Shown in pieces: positions 19,379-32,969 of a stretch of DNA of 64,000 nt. This DNA comes from Hormiphora californensis (Eukaryota > Animalia > Ctenophora). Each line of letters opens with the position of its first letter. Positions within the stretch are counted from its first letter, which is position 1. Both the position numbers and the translations under genes were made by a program. Location of the stretch: NCBI GenBank assembly GCA_020137815.1, contig CM035356.1, forward strand, positions 5,456,001-5,520,000, in the 5' to 3' direction. The notes beneath the pieces were generated by a model. It ran no database searches. It worked only from the letters and a program-made list of their open reading frames with translations, and had not been told where the DNA came from.

Positions 19379-19487
19379 CAGGAACCGACCGAATCAGGAA
19401 ATACTGGTCCCTGATTGGCTGATAACCAGTCACGTGACCTAAATAACGAGTTCTGATTGGTTGTTTACTTGTTTCGGTCGGTTCCTG
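19379..19487 (+). mobile_element. 109-bp hAT-type MITE with 8-bp TSD
   Basis: TIR CAGGAACCGACCGAA / TTCGGTCGGTTCCTG; TSD AGCCTGGA at 19371-78 and 19488-95. Confidence 0.9.
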
Positions 19488-21443
19488 AGCCTGGATAAAG
19501 GGTCGACCGGGGTCCTTTGAGAAACACGATGGAGTTCCATGGAAATGGCTAATGAGTAATAGAGAAGAAGAAGAAGGAGGGTCGACACTACATCTGCAGC
19601 TGCACTTTTTCCCTTTTTCTCTCCCTGCACTTTCTCTCTCTGGCACTTGCAACTTTCTCTCTCTGCCACTTTCTCTCTCTCTCTCTCTCTGGCACTTTCT
19701 CTCTGGCATTCCGTCTCCTCATTAGTCTTCTTATGGAGACACCTACCTGACAGTTCACATCTGGTGGTCCCAGGGGGGGGGTAAACTGGTTATGAGGGGG
19801 GGGGGGGCTAGTGGTTATGAGGGGGGGGGGGGGGGGGCTAGTGGTTATGAGAGGGGGATGGGGGGTTCAAGTATTTTCTCACGTTACGTTCGATTCTTTT
19901 ACTTTTATTCTTTTGTACTAGCTCAATTAATAAAGTGACAGAGTTCAGAGAACAACTTAACAGACAGCTGTCTACAGACGACAAACATTTCTCTGCCCGA
20001 TTATTCCATATCCATTCCATTTATACACGCTTTTATCACCAATTTTTACCTGCACCGGGCAACCTTCCTCCCCAACTGACCCTGCACCCCATTCAATTAA
20101 AGTAGGAACCCGATACCTGAACCGATTGACCGGGAGGATAATTTCCCCGAAATAGGAACTCACAGTATTTGACCCGAATACCGGGAACCCGCTCACCGGG
20201 CAAAACCCTTTCCCCGAGATTCCCGGTTAATAGGGGGGTCAGACTGTATTACCCAGACCCACGAATTGAAAAAAAAAAGGAAAGAAAAGGGGCGAAGAAG
20301 GAAAAAGGGGAAAGAAAAAAAGAGAAAGAGAGGGGGGGAAGAGAGGAAAATTTATTGATACATTTATTCGACAAGTAGGCGTATATATAGTGTCCTATTA
20401 TAACTCGCGTGTCATCTCCTTGATGAAAATTTGACCGTTTATCTGATATGTATCAGATCTTATCTGACAGGATTAAAGGCAGGCGATTACTTCCTACCTC
20501 ATCACTTTCAAGCACTCTTTCTGACATTACCGCATGATCTCTTGTCGGGTAATATGATCGAACGATCACTCTATCACAATCCGGAAAGAGGTTTTTTATT
20601 TAGCTTCAGTTTTTGGGATGCTTTTTTTTCCCTTCTGGTTTTCTTTAAAGTAGTGGCTAAAAACAAATTAGGTGGGGACGGGTGTGACAAAAAAATATAA
20701 AAATAGATCAAAAGTGGTTAAAATCGATCAAAAGAGGTCAAAATCGATCAATTCCACCCCGGGGTGTTGTTTTCCTTTTTGGTTCATATTGGCTTTATAG
20801 CTGTCAGTTTCAAATGCCGCGGCTCCTTTTTAAAAACCCGTGCAGGGGTATTTAACCCTTTTTATCTTACTCCGTTTTTCCCCTCCCTTTTTTCTTTCTA
20901 TCTCTCTTTATCTTTCTTCCTTTCGGCCCTTTTTATTATCATATTGCCCCTCTTTCTCTCATCAGAGTGCACACACCCTCTCAGCGACACGGATGTTTAC
21001 TTATACGAGGTGAAAAGAAAAGGGGAAAATAGAGAAGGGGGGAGGAAAATAGAGAGAAAAAGGAAGGGGGAAAGAGGAAGAGAGAGGGGAAGAAAGGGGA
21101 GGATGAGGGAGGAGAGAGAAGAGGGGAAGGGGAAGGAGAGAGAGGAGGGGGGGGAGGAGAGAGGGGGAAAGGAGAGAGGGGAGGGTAGAAGAGAGGAGAA
21201 GAAGGGGGGGGAGAAGAGGGGGAGAGAGTAGAGAGCATTGGTTTATATGAGTTGCTTCCTGTACCCGCGGGGGGAGCGATCAGTTTACCATCTTACTCAG
21301 TGTGCATTGTTCCTTTGTATATACCCTTTTCCGAAAAAAATTTTCTTCCCTCTATTTTTCTATCCCTCTGTCTTTTTCTCTCCCCTATCTCCCCTCTCTC
21401 TCGCATGCATATGTGGTTTTACCATAGCACGGAAGAATAGATC

Positions 21444-21476
<33 letters not shown>

Positions 21477-21917
21477 GGTATGTGTGTTTATTACCCTCTT
21501 TGATCGGTCGCCGACCGGAGATAGAGAGAGATAGAGGAAGAGATAGAGGGAGAGAGTGAGAGAGATAGTGAGAGAGATAGTGAGTAAAAGACAAAAAAGA
21601 GGCATATATGGAGCTATCTATATATGTTGTGGTCAGCCCCCTTCTTCTCAGCAGTATATATATTGGTCACCCCTTGCTCACTATATTCATGGTTAACCAA
21701 GCTCAATATCCCCTTCACCTTTACATACTAAAACTTGCTTTCATTATCAATTTCTCTCCAGCTTAAGTTATATATTTTTAGGCCTCGTGCCTTTTTTCCT
21801 AGATTTGACCCACACATGAGGCTGTTTCACCCTATGCACCGGCAACGCAATTAAGATAAGATTCGAGAAGTTTGTGTCGACTTAGATAGTAGACTGAGAG
21901 GTAGGGAAAGAAAGGCT

Positions 21918-21977
<60 letters not shown>

Positions 21978-22899
21978 GGGGCGGAGGAGAGGCAGAGAGA
22001 GAGAGACAGAGAGCGAGAGAGACAGAGGGAGACAGAGCCAGAGGGGGGGGGGACCTCGGAATGCGTGATTTGCTTGTTATCAGTAACTCATGTGAGCTTT
22101 AAATCACACCTGCATTGTAGCTGAGACACCGTCTCTTATCATGCCCCCACATATTTCTAACTTGCCGAAACTGTCTTTTTGCTGGGTTTACCGAGTTGTT
22201 ATTTTTTGTGAGAGAAGAAGAGTCAAGTTGTCTTTGTTTTCTGTCAACTTTTTAGTGGGTGCATGTACTTTTCCAACAACTTCGTACCTTGTCGCAGTAT
22301 CTCGTAGCAATGTTTCTAAATTTGGTACGACGAGACATGTTGAGTTAGCTTTACAGTTTAAAATGGGTAAAACCTGGCCACTGGCGCGTTAATTCAATAA
22401 CTTTAACCTTTTCCCGCGCGCCGCTGGAGAAGTTAGCTGAAGTTTATCCGCCGCTTTGGCGTAAACTGGGTTAAAAACACACGACGCCGAGGCGGAGCCG
22501 AGGGGAGGCGAGGGTTTAAACCTTTTAACGTGCCAGTGGTCAAGTTTATGGTTATTACCCTGCTTAGTTGTTTATTTCAAGTTTACACAAACCCAACCAA
22601 GAGAGGAGAACATAATCAAACACTCAAAGAGGACTGAGAAATATAAAACCTCACAATTGAGTGGACAAATGTTTGGTAACAGGTTTCTAAGCAGTGTAAG
22701 GAAGAGAGTGAAAGAAATGCCTGATAAGGGGCATGTCAAAATACACACAGGGAAGGATAGTGAGACAAAGGGGAGATAAAGAGAGAGTAATTGACGGAAT
22801 GTGTCCTTTCTTCCCAATGTAGGTGTAAGTGTGCACAATAGGTTCCCCCCTATTTAGTAAGAACTGATCTTACACACACTTGAAGTTCAAAATAAAATC

Positions 22900-25700
22900 A
22901 GTTTGGAAACCATAAGGGGCTAGTGAAAATAAAAAAGAATCTTTTCCCTTCTAAGCGTTTATTGAGGAATCGGACAAATTTAACCCCCATGGAGGTTTTT
23001 TTTTTTAACACTTTTAAAGACATTTTTAAAAAACAAGGGCATTTGGCCCACCTTTACCCCCCCCCAAAAAAAAAAAAAAACCAAAAAAAAACCCCCTTTG
23101 CCTACTTTCTTTTCGGGTTTATTTGATGTTTGGGGAAATTTCTTTTTTTTTTGCAACTTTAGTTTTTTCCCAAAAAACTCAAATTGGGTGTTTTTACAAT
23201 TTCTATTTTTGGTGGTTTTTTATTGTTTTTTTTTGGGTTAAAAAAAATTAAAACAAACAAAATTTTTAAAAAATTGGGACCCCGGGAAAGGGGTTAAAAC
23301 CCCTTTTTTCCCCCCCCCCCGGGTCCCCGGGGCGCCTATTCCCTTTTTTCCCCAGGGGGGTTCCCCTTTCCCACCCCTTTTTAAAATTTTTAAAAAACCC
23401 AGGGCCGGTTTTCCTCATTTGGCAACTTTTTCCCCCCCTAATTTCGGGGGGTTCAATTTTTTCCCCTCTTTTTTATTTTTAGGGGAAATTTTTTAAGATG
23501 ACGCAACAGAAGTTTTTTTTTTTTTTTGGGGGGGGGCATCAATTGTTAAAAAGGGAGCTGGGGAGAGGGGAAAAAGGAAAAAAAAGGGGAAGGAAGAAAA
23601 AAAAAAAGAAAAAATTTTTAAAAAAAAACCCCGGAGGGCAGTTAAAAAAGGAGAGGGGGGAAGGAAAAAGGGGAAGGGGGAAAAAAAGGGGGAAAAAAAA
23701 AGGGAGAGGAAAAAAAAGGGGGGGCGGGGGGAAAAAAGGGGAGGGGGAAGAAAAGGAAAAAAAGGAAGGGGGGTTTTTTTTGGGGGGGGCATTTTTTTTG
23801 GGGTTTAATGAAAAAATCATTTTTTCCTCTAAATCTTCTTTCCTTCCCCTTTGTTTTTTTCTCTCCTCCCCCCTCTCCTCCTTCCCCCCCCCTTTTTTTT
23901 ATTTTTTTCCTTTTTTCTCTTTTTTCTTCCCCCCTTTTTTCCCCCTTCCCCCCTCCCCCCCTTTTTACTGCATTTTTTTCTTCATAAAATGCACATTTTG
24001 TTCATGTGGTGTTTTCCCCCCCCCCTTTTTTTTTAAAAACCCCGCCCGAATCCTTTTTCCCGGGGCCCTTTTTGAAAAAAGGGGATAGCAAAAGGGGGCA
24101 AAGGAAAAAAACCCCCCCCCCCTTTTTTAGGGAAGGGGGAAAGAAGAAAAGGAAAAAAAAGAAAAAAAAAAAAAAAAGGGGGGTTCCTGTGAAAAACCAA
24201 AAAACTATTTTTAAAAATGGGGGAAGGTACCGTGGGTTTTTTTTCATTTTCCCCCTTTCCCCCCCCCTTTATCTTTTTTTTTTTTCCCCAATTTTTTTTC
24301 CCTTTTTCCCCCCCTTTTTTTCCCCCTTTTTTTTTTTTCCCCCATTCAAAATTTAAATTTTACAGGTTTTTTTAAAAATTGGGGTTTGTGGGTGGGTTAA
24401 CCCCAAAGTTAAAAACGCCATCTTGCCCCCAAAACGGAAAAAAGGGTTTCCCCAAAAAGCGCCGTGAAAGGGGAAAAAAGGGGGGGGCCCAAAGGGAAAG
24501 GGGGAAGGGGAAAAAGGGGGGGGGAAAAAAGGGGGGGGGGAAAAAAGGAAGGGAAAGGGGGGAAAAAATTGCGGGTAATTTTTGGGGGAAAAAAAACCCT
24601 TTTTAAAAAAAAAGGGGGGAAAAAAACAAAGCCCTTTAAAAACGGGGGGCCCCCGGGGGGGAAAAAACAAAAAATTTTAAAAATGTTAACGCCCCTTTTT
24701 TTTTTGTTCTTTTTTTTCCCCGGGGAAATTTTTTCCCAAAAGGAAAAAAAACCCCCCCCCCCAAAAAAGAGGGGAAAAAAAAAGGGGGAAAAAAAAAAAA
24801 TAAAAAGGGGGGGCCCCGGTAAAAAGCCCGGGAAAAAAAATTTTTGGGCCCCCTTTTTCCCCGGGTTTCGGGTTTTTAAGGGGGGGGATTTAAAATTTTT
24901 TTAAATTTCCTTTTTTCCCCCTTTTTTTTCCCCTTTTCGGGTTTTTCCCCTTTCCCCCCCCCTTTTTATTTCCCAATTTTCCCCCCTTTTTTGGAAAAAT
25001 TGGGGGCCCATATTTTGGGGGGGGATTGGAAAAAATTTAAATTTTTTTTTAGGGTTTTTTCCCACCCCCCAAACCCTTTTTTTTTTTTTCCCCAAACCCC
25101 TTTTAAAATTTTTTAAAAGTTAAAATTTGGGGTTTTTTTTTAAAAAAAAAGGGGGAAAAAAGGAAGGAAAATTTTTTTTAAAATGGGGTTTTTTTAGGAC
25201 CCCTTTTCCCAAAAAGGGGGAGGGCCCGGGGGGGGGGGCAAAGAGAGATTGGGGGGGAGAGAGAAGAGGGGGAGGGGGAAAGGAGGAGAGAGGAGGGGAG
25301 GTGAGGGGGGGAGAGAGGGTGGCTGGTGGGGAGGGAAGAGGGGAAAAGGGGCCCCTTTCAGCTTTATCGTGTGGGGGGGTGACCCGATTTAGCCTATATT
25401 ATTCCCACTGTTTGCTTGTCTTTGCCAAAAACTAGGGGCTTAAAACCCCATTCATCATCGTGTCAATGTGTCAAGGGTTTTATAAAGCTTCTTAAATTTG
25501 GAATTTTTGTTTTTTTATTTTGGGTGGTTTGGGGCCCGGGTACCCCTTTTGAACCCCAAATTTGGGCAATTCTTTCCCTAACCCCTTCTCCCCAAATTTA
25601 TCCCTCTCAATTATCCCTCCCAAAACCCTTCCCTCCCAAAATTCCTTTCCCCCCCAATTACCCCCCAAAATTTTGGGGGGTTTACCAGTAGTCCTTGTCA
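22900..25700. other. Second homopolymer-garbled low-complexity block
   Basis: Homopolymer runs dominate; no credible ORF. Confidence 0.7.
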
Positions 25701-26379
25701 CCCAGCTGCCCCTTCTATTTCACCCAGTAGGGTCATGTGATCTGTATTGAGGGTCATGAAAAGGGGTACGTGATCATCGCGGGGTACTGAACCCATTCTC
25801 TATCTCTTGTGTCTTGTTCCAGTACCCATCAGTGATAGGTTTTACCTGATAGTGATACATCAGATAAAGGTCACCCCTATCAGTGTATTAAAATTGGGAG
25901 TGATAAAATTTTTCCCAAGTGACACCCCACTCTGTCGAATGCGGGGGATATAGGGTGCTAGAAGATTTTTAAACCCCCTTCATTCTTTCCAGTTTATGTA
26001 AAACCAGTGGCCCATCTGTTCTTTTATTGTTGATAAAAATGGTGGCCCGGGGTTTTTTATGTCTTGTTGAGTAAGGGGACCCCTTATTGCTTATGTCTGA
26101 AACAATTTCTCCTGCTGGTTTTTAGTTATTATTGACTATTGAGTCCTACTGAAAGGTACAGTGTCGTAGTTTCCTTTGACACCCCTTTTTAATTATGTTT
26201 AAAATATGGATGACACATTTCCAAGCAGTTTCCCTTTGATTGCAGTTCGGACACAATGGGGGAGAGAGGGACCCTTCCACTCTGTTCCACGGTTCTCTCG
26301 AGTCACCAGTTTTCCCCCTCTTTTCCAAAAAATCCCCTTTCTCTCCCGAGTCCAGTTCCCTCTCTTTCCAGGCCCGGTC

Positions 26380-26640
26380 CCGGTTCCCTCTCTTCCAAGC
26401 GTCACAGTTCCCTTCTTTTCATGTGTTTCTTCGGTCAAGTTCCCTTCTTTCCCAAACAGTCACAGTTTTTCTTCCAAACAGTCCAGTTTTCCCCTTTCAA
26501 AGGTTTCTCTTCAAACCCCTCTTTCCCAAACAGTCACAGTTCCCTCTCTTCCAAGCAGTCACAGTTCCCTCTCTGTTCCACTGTGTTCTCTCAGAGTCCC
26601 AGTTCCCTCTCTTGTTCATTGTGTTCTCTCGAAACCCTCA
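26380..26640. repeat. Degenerate ~25-bp minisatellite
   Basis: Variants of CCAA(A/G)CAGTCACAGTTCCCTCTCTT recur. Confidence 0.7.
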
Positions 26641-27127
26641 GTAAATGATCGCACGGAGAGAGAGAAGTGGCTCTTTTTTAACATCCCCCGGCCAGCACAC
26701 AACACCTTTCAATCGTCTATTCATTTCCAGCTATCCGTGAGAAATGGAGTGAGAAAGAGAGAGAGAGAGAGAGGGAAAGATAGAGACTAGAGAGAGAGAG
26801 AGAGAGGGAGAGAGAGAGAAGCTTAGCCGTGGTTTTTAGTATAGGATGCTTGTGACTCGCATGGGTAATTAAGTAGAGCATGGAGAGAGATGTTATTGAG
26901 ATAATCAATTTATCGCTGATGATAATACTTTTCTATCCTTTCTCTCATCTTTCTATCTTTATATTTCTATCTCTCTCTCTCCCCATCTCCCTCTTCTTCA
27001 TTTTGCCTCTATCACTCTATCACTCCTCCTTCTCTCTATATTATATCCATCCCTTGCTTGTCACATCGTCCTACACGTATACACATAAATGTGTTCTTTA
27101 TAAGAGTGAGAGAGAGAGAGAGAGAGA

Positions 27128-27240
<113 letters not shown>

Positions 27241-28305
27241 CATTCACGACTCACACACACCTGAGCTGCTTCATTCATACACAAAACTGAAACAACTGAT
27301 TCTCTTTCCCACGCAGTGCAAGCTATTGCTTTTATCATCATGACCTTATATATCATCACCACGTCCCATTGTACTTTAGTGTCGCTTGTTTTTTAACAAG
27401 CTATATCATCTCTCATCTAGATACTTTTTATCGTCCAGATCTATTGTTTCACACAGTACTTGCTTGCTATACAACTCTCAAATTGACCACCGATGATCTG
27501 TATCAGATTCAGAGCTGAGTTGTGTTAGAACTCTCAATATTGTAACCTGCTCTCTTTCTTGTTCAGAACTAGGACTGTCCTTGAATATTTATAAATTATG
27601 ATATTAATTATCATGATCAACTCTACTCTTTACAGAACTAGCTGGCAGCCGGTGATTGATATTATTATTTTGCATTCTGCAAGTAGCTATCTACCTTGTT
27701 TTCCCCTCTCACCAGTGATTAAATCACAACATGTTGTCATACTTCAGACACAGTTCCGATAAGCAATATTATTAAACAACATTTTAACCAGCTGTGATAC
27801 TCAGCTGAGAAATCAATCATCACATAATGTTTACAAATCACTAGATGGCAGCTGAGAAATCAATCATCACATAATGTTTACAAATCACTAGATGGCAGAC
27901 GGTAGATATTGATGATATTAAAACACATACTATATCCCCTATCTACTTGGCGTTCTCAAAGCACCTGATTGTTGGTCTAGATATTGGGTCAGCTGGGAAG
28001 AGCTGCACTAAGCTCTGATTGTAATGGATCCTTAATTCAGCAGTTAAACTTACTGAGATTGTGGTTGTGTCTTGGCACATTATGATTGTCGAACTGGACC
28101 AGCAGGCTTTATGTCATACCAGCAGGCCTTGTTTGTTGTGACTATTCCCTCCTCCTACCTCCCTGTTCCCAGTGATATATTTATAAATTCTAGAACTATA
28201 ATTATAATATATATTTATTATTATTATTTAGATTAGATCCGTGAGAATGCCAATCCAACCCTATATATATAAATACCCAGACACTATATATTCCAAACTG
28301 TAACC

Positions 28306-30277
28306 ATGACAATGTTGTTTAGCTCAATAGTGATGATACAATCAACTACCCCTGATTCTACTATCATGATGAAGAAACCTCCTCGTCCCTGGTCCGCCGA
28401 CAACCCTGATTACTTTTATACAATCGGACATAATAGTAAGTATTATATTACCTTCTTTTATATATGTAGTACCTTCTTTTATAGTTACAGATTTCGATAG
28501 CTGAGTTTTTTCTAACCCCAACTCAGCTCCACCTCTATAATAACCCAACTCCCCACCCTCTACCCACTTCTAACCCCAACTCTCCACCTCTAACCCCCTC
28601 TCTCCCCCTCCAGCGAGTAGTACAAAGTACGATATGAGCATTACCAGTAACTGCTACCTCTAACCCCCTCTAACCCCCTCTACCCACCTCTAACCCCCTC
28701 TCTCCCCCTCTCTCCACCTCTAACCCCCTCTCTCCCCTTCCAGCGAGTAGTACAAAGTACGATATGAGCATTACCAGTAACTGCTACCTCCCTCAGCCCT
28801 CTACCCACCTCTAACCACCCCTCTCTCCCCTCCCTCTAACCCCCCCCCCTCTCCCCAGCGAGTAGTACAAAGTACGATATGAGCATTACCAGTAACTGCT
28901 ACCTCCCTCAGCCCTCTACCCACCTCTAACCACCCCTCTCTCCCCTCCCTCTAACCCCCCCCCCTCTCCCCAGCGAGTAGTACAAAGTACGATATGAGCA
29001 TTACCAGTAACTGCTACAAAGAGGAACCCACTAAGTATGAAGGGATCCGAACCACCTCCGTCTCTGCTCCACCTCTCAACTTCAAGAAACAATGGAATCC
29101 CTTGATCAATGTAAGTTTTCCAATTTACCAGCTGGGTCCTTGCCTGGCTAGACTGTGTTTCGGTTACAAATGTAAAGGGAGGGTTAGAACATAACAACTG
29201 GGTCCACTATCATAATTATATGACGTGATCATTGTAATGAGTTGACTCATCATTGCATTGTTGAATACCCTGTTATAGCTCTCCCTCTCACATCACAACT
29301 AACACCCCCTCCTCAGAGACACCCAGGCAGTGCATTTGACGTTGTCTCCAGTAACTGTACCAGTGCCGCATCCTCCCGAACTTGCTCCCCTGAACCCACC
29401 TCAAAGAGGGGTGACATCTGTGTTGAGGCAGGATCCATCATCCGGCCAGTTCCCAGGAGAGGAGGAGGAGGTCGACACTCTCTCCAGCACCATCATACCA
29501 CACACAGTCAGGTGAGAGAGATGATCTTCTTGTTTTTTATAGGGCTTGATCTAATACAGATTACCCTACAACTATAATACCCTATTAAATAGACCCTCTT
29601 TTCCCCCAACTAACCCCCTTCTCCCCTATAATTGTTACCCCTAGCTAACCCCCTTCTCCCCTATTGTTACCCCTAACTAACCCTCTTTTCCCCTCTTTAG
29701 TTACCCCTAACTAACCCCCTCCTCCCCTTCCCAGATCGACACTGAGGTTGGTTGTGAAGATGAGACTCTCCCAGATAAACTGTTCCGAGCCCAGCAGACT
29801 AAATTCCGGGAAAGCATGCTCCTCCTAAACAACGATGACTCACATGAGCTGACCCTTCCCGACAAGCTATACCGGGCACACATGGCCAAGTTGGGTCACG
29901 TCCCCCCACAGATCCGGGGCAGTGGCGGCACTACCGGCAACCAGGGAAGCATCCGGAATGGCCTGAAGGATAAATTCGTGCTGAACATCATAGAGAGTTT
30001 TAATGATGAGAGCAATGTCCTAAAGGAGCTGAGCAACATGCGGATCAACAATAAGAGATCAAAGAAGAGGAGCAGTCTGGCATCTCTCAAGAAGACGTGG
30101 TCCTCAATTGTAAACCTCGCCGTTGGAGTCCCCCTACCTCCCACTACCAACAACAATGATCGATCCCCCAACCCTTCATCTTCATCCTCTGGAGGGTCGG
30201 CTGCTGGTGCAGAGAGGATGTACAGTGCCTTGACGGGTTACAAGAGCCAATCCACGGCGTGCATTGCCGCACTGTGA
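28306..30277 (+). CDS. Spliced gene for an unknown, largely low-complexity ~334-aa protein
   Basis: Exons 28306-28435, 28974-29110, 29317-29511, 29735-30277 join in frame (phases 1,0,0) with GTAAGT/GTGAGA donors and CTAAC plus pyrimidine-CAG acceptors; motif TLPDKL(F/Y)RA occurs twice. Confidence 0.7.
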
Positions 30278-30349
30278 GGGACTCTCAATTTGTAGGACTG
30301 TGTTTTTCATTGTGTGTGAGCTAATTTTGCTAGGAAACTGTGTGCATGT

Positions 30350-30402
<53 letters not shown>

Positions 30403-31147
30403 CGGAGCCATGTTGCTTCTCGAGAAATATGTAAGTGTATAACTGCACTTTTTCCACGGAAAATCTCTCGAGCTTTTAATCCCTCTTATACTTTCTCTCT
30501 CTATCTTTTTTTTCTCTCTCGCTCTCTCACTCTCTTCAAGTTTGTTTTAAATCGGCTAATTTGGATGGAGTTCAGTCAGCTGAGCCTGACAGGCCTCACA
30601 ACGGGCCCCACGCTGCAAACCAATGCCATGACATGGCATCTTGTGTTACCATGGTTACCATGGCATCTTACCGTGGTTACCATGGCATCTTACCGTGGTT
30701 ACCATGGTTACCATGCGTCTCAGTGTGTAGGGTGTGTTGGAATGGTTCCGATAACCGTTTTAATGGGGCTATATATATGGATCCCTTTTGGATCTTATGT
30801 TTTATTTGCAAAAATATAGAGAAAATAATATTTTGATACACACGTCATGATCGTGTCTAGATCGTGTGTATGCCATTTTTTGTATAAACTCTTGGCGAGA
30901 CAGAGTGCGTGTTGCTAAACCATATGTTTAACTTTCAATGGAAATCATGGAGCTTTTGTTTATGGTGGAGTATTGATTTGATTTTCAATAAAAATGTTTT
31001 CCACAATTCCCACCCTATCAAGTTTCCATCTATATTCCTCTAATACCCACTAATATCTACATTCCTCTAATACCCCCCAAGTGTGCATTTTATTAGTCAT
31101 CAGTGTATATACAAATTTAGACATAGAGAGATCGAGTACCTAGATTG

Positions 31148-31256
31148 TAGGAACCGACCGAATCAGGAAATACTGGTCCCTGATTGGCTGATAACCAGTC
31201 ACGTGACCTAAATAACGAGTTCTGATTGGTTGTTTACTTGTTTCGGTCGGTTCCTG
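31148..31256 (+). mobile_element. 109-bp hAT-type MITE with 8-bp TSD
   Basis: TSD CTAGATTG at 31140-47 and 31257-64. Confidence 0.9.
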
Positions 31257-31697
31257 CTAGATTGATTGTTATAAATTCTGACATAACATAGCAGCAATAT
31301 ATTTCGAAATTTTGAGGGCCAGATATTATCTGTCAGAGCATTGACCTGACAGGATATTATCACAGGATATTATCACAAGCTAGGTAGATAGATCTAGATA
31401 GATTTATAAATCTGGTTTTGAGCCCTCTGTCCTATTAGAATGGTCCATCTGACAAGCTACTTCAGCGGTAGATCGAGAGTTTTTTGTAACAAAACCAGCT
31501 CTGAGTAAAATATTAATTTGTTAGTTCAATATTTAGTTAATATTTGGCGGAGTGAGACTCTTCTTTATTAAGTTTTTATGAGCTGGTTATATTGTATAGA
31601 ATGTGTGAGTATAAAAATACGTGTAATATTATATATTCGCGGTGTCTCAATTAGGAAATATATATATATCGGATTTGTGAGGAAGAAGCATATACTG

Positions 31698-31910
31698 TGT
31701 TACCATGGTTACCATGTGATATGTTACAATTGTTACCATGGTTACCATGTGATATGTTACAATTGTTACCATGTGATGTTACAATTGTTACCATGGTTAC
31801 CATGTGATATGTTACAATTGTTACCATGGTTACCATGTGATATGTTACCATGGTTACCATGTGATGTTACAATTGTTACCATGGTTAAAATGTGTTGTTA
31901 CAATTGTTAT
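31698..31910. repeat. Degenerate minisatellite of GTTACCATGGTTACCATGTGATATGTTACAATT units
   Basis: Read directly; a related GTTACCATGG repeat lies at ~30645-30715. Confidence 0.85.
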
Positions 31911-32028
31911 TAGCAATTAGTTCAAAATCCCCAAAACAACGTCTATTTATTCAGAGTTGTGAAACCCCGCACTCAACAACAAAGGCAATGAGACTCAAAA
32001 TATTTCACCTTTCTCTCTCTCCCTCTCT

Positions 32029-32125
<97 letters not shown>

Positions 32126-32969
32126 CTCTCTTGGTTCTCATTGTCTAACACCAGTGTACTAAATCCTGTTACCATGGTATTTTGTAGGACCAGAAAAACT
32201 TATCTAAATCAGCGTTCTTCCCAGGGAAATCAAAGAGAAGAAAAACGGAGGACATATCTTGACAGTCGGTCAGAGAGACAGTTTTGGAGCCCACGTATTC
32301 CTTTTTCGGGTAGATTTCCTCCGACTTCACTTCCATGTAATGGAGGTCTGCCTTCACTGAAACCTGCGTGTGGTGATATCTTGATCAGCAAGGTATAACA
32401 GGTACTAATGAAGATCGGGGGTTTAGTTGGGTAAAACACGCAACCCCGACCCCAAGGCCCAACGGGCTTCGCAGCAAAGGCCGTATCGGGATTTTGCTGA
32501 AAAGGTCGAAATTTCTGAGCTAATATCTTGGTTACGAAGTCACCCCTATTATTAGTGAGCTAGCGCAGAGGGGGAATTTCATTACCAAGCTAATATCTAA
32601 TAAAGCTGCGCTGGCAAGCGCTCAGTGGTGCACTTACAAACTTATAAAACTGTTTATTTAAGCAATCCTGAGCGGGTACCATCCTTACCTGGAATAGGAC
32701 ATGTTGTAGAAACACCAAAATGACCAAATATGGAGTATGTTCATGACCAAATATGGACTGTTTGGCGACCCGGCCCCGGTTTGATTCTCAAATTGGGTGG
32801 GTCAATATGGGCATGACATATTAATGATAACCAAGTTCGACTGATTCACACATATAATGGGTCATGACACAAATATAATGGGCATATCAGCACCCCGACA
32901 TTGGATTTATATCCTAGTCCCTGCTATATAATACACCAATTACCACTCACCCCAGTTTGTAAAGTGAGC

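Noticed and set aside
17947-19770. Possible minus-strand exons near 18160-17950 and 19595-19490
   Set aside because: No consistent frame or recognisable protein could be built.
23493-25750. K/G/F/P-rich ORFs
   Set aside because: Same low-complexity artefact.
32169-32745. Possible small two-exon minus-strand gene (LVILVFLQHVLFQ|VSVKADL...KIPW)
   Set aside because: Splice sites are plausible but I found no in-frame ATG upstream.
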